From the NCBI GenBank assembly GCA_042565955.1, contig JBHORG010000001.1:22230-86229 (forward strand): DNA of 64,000 nt, given 5' to 3'. The DNA comes from Thermoproteota archaeon. GTDB taxonomy: Archaea > Thermoproteota > Bathyarchaeia > Bathyarchaeales > Bathyarchaeaceae. The notes below the pieces were generated by a model. That model was not told the DNA's origin and made no database searches. It saw nothing but the letters and a program-made list of their open reading frames with translations. The translations under genes were made by a program, and so were the position numbers. Positions 10,716 through 19,138 of this stretch are shown in pieces. The first letter of the stretch is position 1; each line of letters starts with the position of its first letter.

Positions 10716-11531
10716 ATGCCTAAAATTGAAAAATGGGAAAAAAAAATCGCTTGGATTGTCTCGGGGGCTTTAGGAGTCACTATTTGTGTGACAGCTATTC
10801 TTCTTCTTAGGGATAGTCCTCTTTTCGATGAGTATTTCCTATTGGCGGTGGTGATTACTGTTTTTCCTCCAGCGGTCCTCGATTATGTGGACTACCGTTG
10901 GAAACGTTCTGTAGACAAGTATCTTCCTGATCTCCTCCGGAGTATAGTTCAAGCCCAAAAAACAGGGATGACTTTACCGCAGGCCCTCGAAGAGGCTTCT
11001 AAACGGAAGTACGGTCCAATGACTAAAGAGTTGCGGAAAATGGTGGCCCAGATGAGTTGGGGTGTGTCATTTGAAGATGGTCTTCAGTCTTTAGGTAAAC
11101 GTGTTGATACCTCTCTTATGCGACAGTCAATTCCTTTGATTCTTGAAGCTCAGCGTTCCGGGGGACAGATTGAGAAGGTTTTTGAGCCGCTGGAAGAGTT
11201 TGTTCAGAAAACCTTAACGTTTGATAATGAACGTAAAACTCAGACGAGACCGTATCTTGCAATTATATATGTGGCGTTCTTTGTTTTTCTCTTCACAATT
11301 ATCATGCTTTTCAAATCATTCTTTGTTGATGCAGTAGATTTTGAACTCAGCCAGTTCGAGTTGATGTCGCCTGAGGAAGCAAGAAGAATATTCTTTCACA
11401 TGAATGCAATCCAAGGATTCTTTGGCGGTCTTGTTGCAGGAAAAATGGGTGAAGGAACAGTAGGAGGCGGTCTGAAGCATAGTGTTATTCTTTTGCTCTG
11501 TGGATTTCTAGCTTTCAAGTTTGTAGTATGA
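10716..11531 (+). CDS. Polytopic membrane platform protein, T2SS-F/TadB-TadC/FlaJ-like (second half-size paralogue)
   Basis: 271 aa with the same TM-helical domain-TM architecture, 3 nt after the preceding gene. Confidence 0.7.
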   Translation: MPKIEKWEKKIAWIVSGALGVTICVTAILLLRDSPLFDEYFLLAVVITVFPPAVLDYVDYRWKRSVDKYLPDLLRSIVQAQKTGMTLPQALEEASKRKYGPMTKELRKMVAQMSWGVSFEDGLQSLGKRVDTSLMRQSIPLILEAQRSGGQIEKVFEPLEEFVQKTLTFDNERKTQTRPYLAIIYVAFFVFLFTIIMLFKSFFVDAVDFELSQFELMSPEEARRIFFHMNAIQGFFGGLVAGKMGEGTVGGGLKHSVILLLCGFLAFKFVV

Positions 11532-11544
11532 TGAAGGGAAAAAT

Positions 11545-11946
11545 GTGAGAAAACTATCGCGGAACAGGAGGGGAATAACTCCCGTCTTAAGCAGTCTCTT
11601 ATTGACGGTTATTGCAGTAGCGGGTATGTCAATTGCAGTTAGCGCAACATACGTTATTACGGATGGGCTTCATGACAACATGGGTGAACGCCTCATTGTT
11701 GAGGATGTTTGGTTTACTCCAGGTCAAGTTTCTTTGTATGTTAGGAATGTGGGCAGGGTTGCTATCACCGTGGATGCAGTGTATGTTAATAGTGTAAGTC
11801 AATCGTTTATGCCTCTTGGGTTAGAAGAGAACAAACATGGTTGGTTGAACGTTACTTACAGTTGGAGTCCAGACACCGCATACGAAATTAATGTTGTAAC
11901 TAAGAGAGGAACAAAAGTTGTGGACTATTACCTTTCGCCGGTTTAA
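11545..11946 (+). CDS. Archaeal type IV pilin-like protein (class III signal peptide)
   Basis: The N-terminus MRKLSRNRRG/ITPVLSSLLLTVIAVAGMSIAV has a basic stretch and Gly followed by a hydrophobic helix, i.e. a prepilin-peptidase site. Confidence 0.65.
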   Translation: MRKLSRNRRGITPVLSSLLLTVIAVAGMSIAVSATYVITDGLHDNMGERLIVEDVWFTPGQVSLYVRNVGRVAITVDAVYVNSVSQSFMPLGLEENKHGWLNVTYSWSPDTAYEINVVTKRGTKVVDYYLSPV

Positions 11947-13270
11947 GCGAGACCGTCGTGGTGTCAGTAACATAATCGTCATAGCACTTAGCCTAGTTGT
12001 CATGCTAGCAATAGTTTCGAACATTGTCTTGTGGAACTACGAGATGAATCAGGTGGACTGGGAGAAAATGAAGGAAGAAGCCAGCATCACTAACGTTGAA
12101 GTAGTAACCCACTCTTCTTGGTTTGTTGTTCAAAGTGAATATTTCATTAACACTGGTTTTCTTGATAGCGGTGACTTTTGGGATACACACCTTGTCGATG
12201 ACAGTTATGAGAGTTTCACAGAAGCTGCCATAGGTGCAATCAATTTGACCCTCATTGATGTTGAATCTTTTGAGGGTGGTTGGCCTCCCTCTGGTTGGAG
12301 CGCAACAGGTACTTGGGCGAAAGAAAGCAATTACGCATATGAAGGAATATATTCTGCGGATTTTGATGGAAGCGTAGGCGGTGTATCTGGATACTTAACC
12401 TCCCCGAGTATGGACTGTTCAGATGTAGATGCGATTTATGTTGAATTCTGGTGGCAGGATCGAGCTCTCGATGATGACAATCTTATTCTTGAATATTATG
12501 ACGGCGCCACCTGGAATAGTTATCAAGACTTGAACCAAATGGACTCCGGAAATGGTTGGCATCACTACACCGAAGTAGTAACAGACAGCCAATATTTTGT
12601 TTCAAACTTTCAAATTAGATTGTGGGCTAAAATGGTTCAAAGTGGCAAAACTGCTTGTGTTGATGTTGTCAAAGTAACAAAAAGTGTAGTTGGCATGTAT
12701 TCTCTTGATTTAAATGGGCAATTCTTTATCGATTTGTCTACATATCCTTTAGATTGTATCCAAACTGTTGAATTACAGATTAGGTATAGAGTTGAGGACA
12801 ATCTAGAGAATTGGTATCTGAAAGTTTACAACTGGACAGACTCGGTATACAATGACACTGGCTTCAACTCCACAATAGGTTATACACCAACAACTGGTTG
12901 GGATTATTATTCTTTGAATCTTACTGATGTTTGGGAAAGCTACGTTCACAATAATGGAACAATTAATGTCAAGTTTGTAGATCAAGGTGCCGATAGTGAA
13001 CAGACAAGTTTGGACATCGATTTTTTGGGTGTAAGAGTGATAATTGATGGAGCACAGTTTACCTTCGAGAACAACGGAGCCTTAACTCTCCACTTGGTTT
13101 CATTGTGGATGATCAACTCAACCGACCATCAACGATACGATATAAATGTCTTCATAAATTCCGCAGCATCAAAAAACTTTGTTCATTCTGGCATATCTTT
13201 ACCTATAGGTAATTACATTGTAAAAGTTGTAACCGAACGAGGAAATATGGCAGTCTATTCTAGTAACTAA
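11918..13270 (+). CDS. Large secreted pilin-like/adhesin-like protein with class III signal peptide
   Basis: TTG start. The N-terminus ...FKRDRRG/VSNIIVIALSLVVMLAIV is prepilin-like. The 450-aa body contains SFEGGWPPSGWSATGTW, reminiscent of choice-of-anchor-J/MAM-like beta-sandwich domains, and several N-x-S/T sequons. Confidence 0.55.
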   Translation: MWTITFRRFKRDRRGVSNIIVIALSLVVMLAIVSNIVLWNYEMNQVDWEKMKEEASITNVEVVTHSSWFVVQSEYFINTGFLDSGDFWDTHLVDDSYESFTEAAIGAINLTLIDVESFEGGWPPSGWSATGTWAKESNYAYEGIYSADFDGSVGGVSGYLTSPSMDCSDVDAIYVEFWWQDRALDDDNLILEYYDGATWNSYQDLNQMDSGNGWHHYTEVVTDSQYFVSNFQIRLWAKMVQSGKTACVDVVKVTKSVVGMYSLDLNGQFFIDLSTYPLDCIQTVELQIRYRVEDNLENWYLKVYNWTDSVYNDTGFNSTIGYTPTTGWDYYSLNLTDVWESYVHNNGTINVKFVDQGADSEQTSLDIDFLGVRVIIDGAQFTFENNGALTLHLVSLWMINSTDHQRYDINVFINSAASKNFVHSGISLPIGNYIVKVVTERGNMAVYSSN

Positions 13271-13298
13271 AATATACTTCGCAAAGTTATACGCGGCT

Positions 13299-14321
13299 TC
13301 ATTTCTTAGTCAATTTTAATCCTGGAAACTTTACCGTGACAATAGTTTCTGAAGGAACTTTCGACGTTATCCAAACGTTTCCACCAATGACTGCATTATC
13401 CCCAATCACGGCCTTTTCTCCAAGAAGAGAAGCATTAGAATAAATGATTACACCATTCCCCACAGTTGGATGCCTTTTTCTTCCTTTGATTGGGTGCCCG
13501 TTTTCATCCTTTGGAAAGCTTAGAGCACCTAAAGTTACTCCTTGATAGATTTTTACGTTATCTCCAACCTGTGCAGTTTCTCCTATAATTACACCAGTTC
13601 CATGATCGATAAAAAAATTTTTTCCTATTCTGGCACCAGGATGAATATCAATACCGGTTAGGGAATGAGCATATTCACTCATTATTCGCGGAATTAATGG
13701 AACTCCTCGTATATGGAGTTCATGAGATATTCTATATGTTGAAATAGCAAGAACGCAAGGATAACTTAGAATTACTTCATCAAAGCTTTTCGCGGCTGGA
13801 TCTCCACAATAGGCTGCTTCGATATCCCCACTTAGGAGAATTCTGATTCTACAAAGTTCCTCTAAAAACTCTCTGACAACAACTTTTGCAATTTTAAGGC
13901 AAATATCTTCGCGACATTTTTCGTCTTTCTTACAGAAAAACTTTAGACTCTTATCCGATTCATTAACAAGCCTAACATAGATCGAATTTAGAATCTTAGC
14001 TAAATACTCATTGATGTTTGATTTGGTTACCTTCTCTTTTCCTAAATATCCCGGAAAAAGGACGGTTAAAATATCTTTAAGAATTCCAATGACAACCTTC
14101 CTTGAAGGTAAATCCTTTCCATCGAGATGGTTTATACCGCCGTAAGTTTCGTAGTTCTCAGAAATTTTCTCAACTAAATCGGGTAAACCTTTCTCAATCC
14201 AGTTTTCTTTTTTGATAATTGTTTTATGTATGAGGTTTTTCAGCAGATTTTCTGGATTCCAATTATCAAAATCGTCCTTTTCGCAACTATCTGATTTAGT
14301 TGCTACGTTCTTTTTATCCAT
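13299..14321 (-). CDS. cysE: Serine O-acetyltransferase with extended N-terminal region
   Basis: Left-handed beta-helix hexapeptide core GIDIHPGARIGKNFFIDHGTGVIIGETAQVGDNVKIYQGVTLG. Confidence 0.8.
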   Translation of the reverse strand: MDKKNVATKSDSCEKDDFDNWNPENLLKNLIHKTIIKKENWIEKGLPDLVEKISENYETYGGINHLDGKDLPSRKVVIGILKDILTVLFPGYLGKEKVTKSNINEYLAKILNSIYVRLVNESDKSLKFFCKKDEKCREDICLKIAKVVVREFLEELCRIRILLSGDIEAAYCGDPAAKSFDEVILSYPCVLAISTYRISHELHIRGVPLIPRIMSEYAHSLTGIDIHPGARIGKNFFIDHGTGVIIGETAQVGDNVKIYQGVTLGALSFPKDENGHPIKGRKRHPTVGNGVIIYSNASLLGEKAVIGDNAVIGGNVWITSKVPSETIVTVKFPGLKLTKK

Positions 14322-14695
14322 TGGTTCCTCGTATCTTAATTTACCTTAAGTTTCATATAAAGAAGTGCTTAGATAACGTTCTCCTGTATCCGATAATATT
14401 ACCACCAAGGTTTTTTTTCGTTTTCTGGAAGTTTAGCAATCTGTAATGCTCCTAATTCTTTTTTCTAAAAATAGTTCACGCAATAATTTTCCCTCGTTTG
14501 GCAGCTATTTTGTCCATTGATCCTAGATTATAACACTGTTATGTACTTTTGTTGACGAAAAAAATTCTTTGCAGCAACCAAAAGACACGGTAATAAATAC
14601 CAAAGAAATGACCCTACCCTTTTTTTAAGAAAAGGATACACTTCCAATAGAACATAGAAAGCAAAACACTTTTCCATATCATTCTGAAGTTTACG

Positions 14696-15670
14696 TTATT
14701 GTGCTACATATTCCCTTAATGCTTTTATTGCAGCTGTCTGATCTTTAGCTTCAATTAGCCTGATTTTGTAAAGTTTTGCCAATTTTTTGCCGCTCTCACT
14801 CATATTTGGAATAGCAACAAGACAAGCTTTCTCCGGATTAGTATCAAATATCTTAGCAAACATAGAAATCACTACCTGATCAGACACAACATCCTCTGAC
14901 GTTGCAAGATCAATCGCTGTTATCAGCTTCTTTTTTTCAGAGACGGCAGTTAAATCAAACATGTGACGTGTTCCAGATTTTCCATTCAAGAAGCCAGGGC
15001 TTTCTACTGTAAATCCAATATCTTCCAAAGACTCCATGATCGGACCGATCATAACCCAACCTAAAGTTACCTCTTTTGCAGCTTCAGGACTCAAACTGTA
15101 TTCATAGACATCTTTGTAAATTGCTTCATCAAAAGTGAAATTTTCTTGACATACGCGACAAAAATGAGCTGGAACCGGAATATCAAAACTCTTTGTACAT
15201 TTATTACAGCTACACCATACTCCTGCTTTATGATGATCCACATCAGGACTGATTAGTTCTTTATTGCATTTAGGACAGACTAGTTTATCCTCTTTCTGAA
15301 AGTGATCCTCTGTGTCGATGTAACCACATTTTATATGCTCAATCAAGGAGCTCTTCGTAATGTCGAAGGATTTGCAATAGGGACATGTATAATGTATAGA
15401 AACATTTGCAGAACTGCAAGTTGGGCAATAGACGATTTTGTCGTAAAGTTTTCTATTTAGAATCCCACCCTCAAACAGTTTCTGTAAAAACTTGTTCGTG
15501 TATGAAGACTCACCAACAATTTCATCCACTAGCGGATACCTAAATCCATGTTTTGGATCATAAACTGGATTCAATTTACCAAGCTCGCCGCTCACAAACT
15601 TGCTGATAAGAAGCTGCACTTTGTGGTCTTTGAATAGCTTAAGCAGTTCCTTTTTCGAAGTTTTTGGCAT
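14696..15670 (-). CDS. Multi-zinc-ribbon protein, TackOD1-like domain plus C-terminal alpha/beta domain
   Basis: Cys pairs are CPTC..CPYC, then IEHIKCGY, CPKC, CNKC and CRVC. This spacing matches my memory of the TackOD1 output domain. The C-terminal RHMFDLTA...AIDL segment looks nuclease-fold-like. Confidence 0.45.
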   Translation of the reverse strand: MPKTSKKELLKLFKDHKVQLLISKFVSGELGKLNPVYDPKHGFRYPLVDEIVGESSYTNKFLQKLFEGGILNRKLYDKIVYCPTCSSANVSIHYTCPYCKSFDITKSSLIEHIKCGYIDTEDHFQKEDKLVCPKCNKELISPDVDHHKAGVWCSCNKCTKSFDIPVPAHFCRVCQENFTFDEAIYKDVYEYSLSPEAAKEVTLGWVMIGPIMESLEDIGFTVESPGFLNGKSGTRHMFDLTAVSEKKKLITAIDLATSEDVVSDQVVISMFAKIFDTNPEKACLVAIPNMSESGKKLAKLYKIRLIEAKDQTAAIKALREYVAQ

Positions 15671-16076
15671 TCATTATCTCCTTTTCTGACCTGCAGTAAT
15701 GTCTTTTTTGAAATTCTTGAAAGTTAGTTATTCTTAGCAGTTGTTTAAAGTGTTATGGATGAGTAATTTATAGTTCTCATTCATTTTTTAATTCAATAGC
15801 ATTATTTTCTGAAATAATGCGGCTGCGCGGATTTCCACATTTTTTTATTAGCATCTAAACGGAATTTCTTTAAGATACCCGAGTAAGAAGTAGATTCGAT
15901 TGTTTGGTTGATTGCACGACAGTAGACCAACTTCATTTGCGATTGTTTTTTAGTTGATATTATGAATTTAGTGATGATAATTCTACTGAAGGAGATTGGA
16001 GATTGACACAAGGAATTGATGTTTTAGTCATACACTCGGGTAAAAGATAAAAGCCATTCTGTTTCTACAAGAGGTT

Positions 16077-16970
16077 ATGCGAAACCCAATCTTCTCAGTT
16101 ATTACAACGGGGCGGGGCGAAAAAGATACAAGAGCCCTTAAAGAGACTTTCAACAACTGGGAGATTGCGAAAAAGGTTTTTGAAGACAAAATAGGCAAAA
16201 ATAATATGATCGAATTCTTAGTTGCAGATGCAGGAGAAAACGCAGATTTTCCAGAAATTTGTAATTCTACAATAATTTCTCCTAAAGAATACGATGATTA
16301 CAGAAAGAAACTTTTGAATGCTGGAATAATCAAGTATCCAGAGTGGGATACTCCTGCTATAGGACGGAATCTAGGGTTTAGGCATGCTAAGGGAAAGATC
16401 ATTGTTTTTCATGATATTGACTCGCTTTTCTCAACTGGAACTGAGATGGATAACGGTTACATTTGTTCTGAATTGGATCAATACGAAAACTATTTCGAAG
16501 TAATGTACTCCGCCTTCAGACGTAAAGATGTGGTTGCTACGGTTCCATCTCTAAGACCAAGAGATAGCCTAAAACTGGGAAGAAGATTTGGAATCATGGG
16601 AGCTAACTTGTTAACCCGTTTTTCCCTAAAGTTTCCTACAATTCAAATATTTGGAATTCCAGTTATGGGAGCTAGTGTTCCTGGATGCAGTATAAGCTTG
16701 TTGTGGGATGTTGCATCCCAAATGACTAATGGTGGGTATGGTCCCTATGATTCGGAGCTGGGAGTTTCTGAGGATCAAAAGATTTCTAGATTAATGGCAA
16801 AGTTTGGAAGAATCTCCTATGAGAGGAGTGCCGGAGTTTTCACGAGAACAATGAGCAGAGTTAGTGACGGATATGACATTGTCAAGTCTCTTGGGTATGC
16901 AATAAAAGGGTCTACTTATTACATATTTCCGGGGCTTTTCAAATACCGCAAACACTCTTTGACAATCTGA
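16077..16970 (+). CDS. Glycosyltransferase family 2-like (GT-A fold)
   Basis: FSVITT..., FLVADAGEN and the TPAIGRNLGFRHAKGKIIVFHDIDSLF pattern (GxxxARNxG...A.G..I.F.D.D) are typical of GT2. Confidence 0.5.
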   Translation: MRNPIFSVITTGRGEKDTRALKETFNNWEIAKKVFEDKIGKNNMIEFLVADAGENADFPEICNSTIISPKEYDDYRKKLLNAGIIKYPEWDTPAIGRNLGFRHAKGKIIVFHDIDSLFSTGTEMDNGYICSELDQYENYFEVMYSAFRRKDVVATVPSLRPRDSLKLGRRFGIMGANLLTRFSLKFPTIQIFGIPVMGASVPGCSISLLWDVASQMTNGGYGPYDSELGVSEDQKISRLMAKFGRISYERSAGVFTRTMSRVSDGYDIVKSLGYAIKGSTYYIFPGLFKYRKHSLTI

Positions 16971-16974
16971 AAGG

Positions 16975-17607
16975 CTATTGCAATTTTGGGCAGTCCTGAA
17001 GTTTTTTGAGGGCTTCATCAATGACAGCTTTAAGTCCGTCCAGTCCCACCGTTTTGATGGTTTTTACTTGAAGTCCAGTGTGTTGGATGAATTCTTCTAT
17101 ATCACTTTTTAGTTCGTCGAGGTTGTTTAGCGAATCTATTATGATGACTCCGTCGAGGTGCTCAAACTGTTCCTTTACCCCTTCCATGTTCCAATCAAAG
17201 ATTTCTCTGAAATACTTGAATTTCTTAAGGTTTGACGGCATCCAACCAGGAGAAAGAAAGAAGTGGCAGCCTTTAGGGTCTGTAAGTACAAGTTTTTTGT
17301 GTCCTCCAAGAAGGCAATCGATGCAATTAAGAGCATCAACTTTGACTGCGTTACTAAATTGTTTTACCGTTTTTTTGATTCGCGGATGACACATGTCGCC
17401 ATAGACAACAACTATTCCATAGTCTGCATGGTCTTTTGCTTTTTCGAGGGCGGATATTATTTCTTTTTCTAGTTCAGCATAAATTACATGAAGCCCCGCA
17501 TCCAAGAAGCAAGTTTCCACATCAAGCTTCTTTTGTTCTATTAGTTTTTCGATTTCTTTTCGTAAAATGCCACAAGAAATAAGGAGAGGACGAGATTGTT
17601 TTACCAA
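16975..17607 (-). CDS. DUF1638-like protein
   Basis: The N-terminal LLISCGILRKEIEKL and the overall 210-aa size resemble the DUF1638 family, from memory only. Confidence 0.45.
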   Translation of the reverse strand: MVKQSRPLLISCGILRKEIEKLIEQKKLDVETCFLDAGLHVIYAELEKEIISALEKAKDHADYGIVVVYGDMCHPRIKKTVKQFSNAVKVDALNCIDCLLGGHKKLVLTDPKGCHFFLSPGWMPSNLKKFKYFREIFDWNMEGVKEQFEHLDGVIIIDSLNNLDELKSDIEEFIQHTGLQVKTIKTVGLDGLKAVIDEALKKLQDCPKLQ

Positions 17608-17620
17608 TCTTTTATCCTCA

Positions 17621-18721
17621 CTACTTCTTTTCTAAATCGACGATCCATTTATCAAGTTTTTCTCTGGCTTCTTCGTCGCCCATTTGTTTTAGGGGATGTT
17701 TCATGAGATATGCCGAGGTGTAGGTTAGATTGCCACTGACTTTTTTATCGAGAGCTAGTTGTGCACATCTAATTGCGTCGATTGCTACTCCTGCGGAGTT
17801 GGCTTTATCGTCTACGTCTAATCGGATTTCCATGTTGAAAGGTATGTTTGCGAACATTCTTCCTTCTATTCTGATGAATGCTAATTTGTTATTTCCGAGG
17901 AATGGGATAAAATCGCTCGGTCCAATGTAAATATCTTTAGCGTTTAATCGTTGTTTTTCGGGCATTAGGCTTTGTACGGCTTCTGTTTTGGAGATCTTTT
18001 TGCTTTCCAGTCGTTCCCGTTCAAGCATGTTGGCGAAGTCTGTGTTACCACCCACATTGATTTGGTATGTTCTGTCTATTGATGCTCCGCGATCTATGCA
18101 AAGTTTGGCTAATGTTCTATGGGTTATTGTTGCTCCGATTACACCTTTAACGTCGTCTCCTACAATTGGAATACCTGCATCTTCAAATTTTTTGAGCCAT
18201 TCTTTGTTTGATGCAATAAAGACTGGCATGCAGTTAATGAATGCACATCCTGTTTTCAGGGCGATTTTTGCCCAAAATTCTGTAGCTTTTTGGCTACCCA
18301 CAGGAAGGTAATTGATTAAAACTTGTGGTTTTGTGGTTTCTATTTCTTCAATTGCTTCTTTTTCAAGTTCTTCTTCGGTTTTTGTTTGATTGATTGGTTT
18401 GATCATGCTTGCTACATAGATTCCTACCCCATCAAGAATTGGGCTTTCCTTCACATTTCTTGATGTGCAATTTGAGACACTGTCAACCCAATCGACATAG
18501 TTTGGGTCTGAAAATATGGCTTCTATTAGTGGTCTTCCTACTTTGTTTTCTCCTACATCGAAGGAGCAAACAAATTCTAGGTCTTCTATGCTGTAACCAC
18601 CTATTTTTTCGTGCATTAATCCTAATTTCAGGATTTTATTTTGTTTGTAGACTTCGATTCCTTGAGCTAAACCAGCGAAACAATTTCCTACGCCAATTAC
18701 GCCAACCCTAATTTTGCCCAT
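17621..18721 (-). CDS. ino1: myo-Inositol-1-phosphate synthase
   Basis: IRVGVIGVGNCFAGLAQGIEVY Rossmann N-terminus and GDDVKGVIGATITHRTLAKL...INVGGNTDFANMLERERLESKKISKTEAV, highly characteristic of MIPS. Confidence 0.85.
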   Translation of the reverse strand: MGKIRVGVIGVGNCFAGLAQGIEVYKQNKILKLGLMHEKIGGYSIEDLEFVCSFDVGENKVGRPLIEAIFSDPNYVDWVDSVSNCTSRNVKESPILDGVGIYVASMIKPINQTKTEEELEKEAIEEIETTKPQVLINYLPVGSQKATEFWAKIALKTGCAFINCMPVFIASNKEWLKKFEDAGIPIVGDDVKGVIGATITHRTLAKLCIDRGASIDRTYQINVGGNTDFANMLERERLESKKISKTEAVQSLMPEKQRLNAKDIYIGPSDFIPFLGNNKLAFIRIEGRMFANIPFNMEIRLDVDDKANSAGVAIDAIRCAQLALDKKVSGNLTYTSAYLMKHPLKQMGDEEAREKLDKWIVDLEKK

Positions 18722-18793
18722 GTAATCACATTCTCTTTATACTCTGAGCAAATAGGAAGTGGTTCTTCTTTATTTCTTTCGGTTATAGGATTA

Positions 18794-18838
18794 CAGTTTT
18801 CTAGAAAAAGGCTGTTTTCAACAATGGTATATTATTAG
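18794..18838 (-). repeat. Dispersed conserved intergenic element, copy C
   Basis: Minus-strand reading is ctaataatataccattgttgaaaacagcctttttctagaaaactg. It lies in the divergent gap between ino1 and polB, about 70 nt upstream of the ino1 start. Confidence 0.75.
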
Positions 18839-19138
18839 TTGACTAACAATATTGAAAGAAAAGTCGGGATCTCGCATTATTCGATTTCCTTTTTGTTTGA
18901 TGTACTCATCAAAAAGCGATTACTCACTAGTGTGAGCAATATTTGATGGGTGCTTGAAATATTTTATATGGTATGGGTCTCAACTATGATTAGTTAATGG
19001 GGATTACAAGTTGGTTGAGAGTCGAAAAGACCTTTGTGGTTGTGTTTTTGAGATTCAGGAGGGCATTACAGTTTGTGTAAAGCGATGTCTCAAGCATAGC
19101 AGACCAAAACGGAAGCGTCCTTTCAGAGCCAAAGCTGA

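Noticed and set aside
8194-11946. Interpreting the ATPase / FlaJ-like / pilin locus as an archaellum operon
   Set aside because: No FlaH(ArlH), FlaG/F, FlaC/D/E/X or archaellin-length subunits are present. The platform protein is split into two half-size genes, as in Tad-like pili.
14541-14580. Possible degenerate sixth and seventh copies of the intergenic element (14541..14580 and 43025..43055)
   Set aside because: Only the TAC-TT..TTGTTGA or CTAATAA..TTCTTG..ACTAC cores match, and the 3' half is not recognisable. They are too weak to annotate by eye.
18722-19138. The 417-nt gap next to polB as a possible replication origin
   Set aside because: I found no repeated ORB-like boxes in inverted orientation, no orc1/cdc6 gene nearby, and only one short hairpin (CTCAC-tagt-GTGAG at 18923..18936). 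This is not enough to call an origin.
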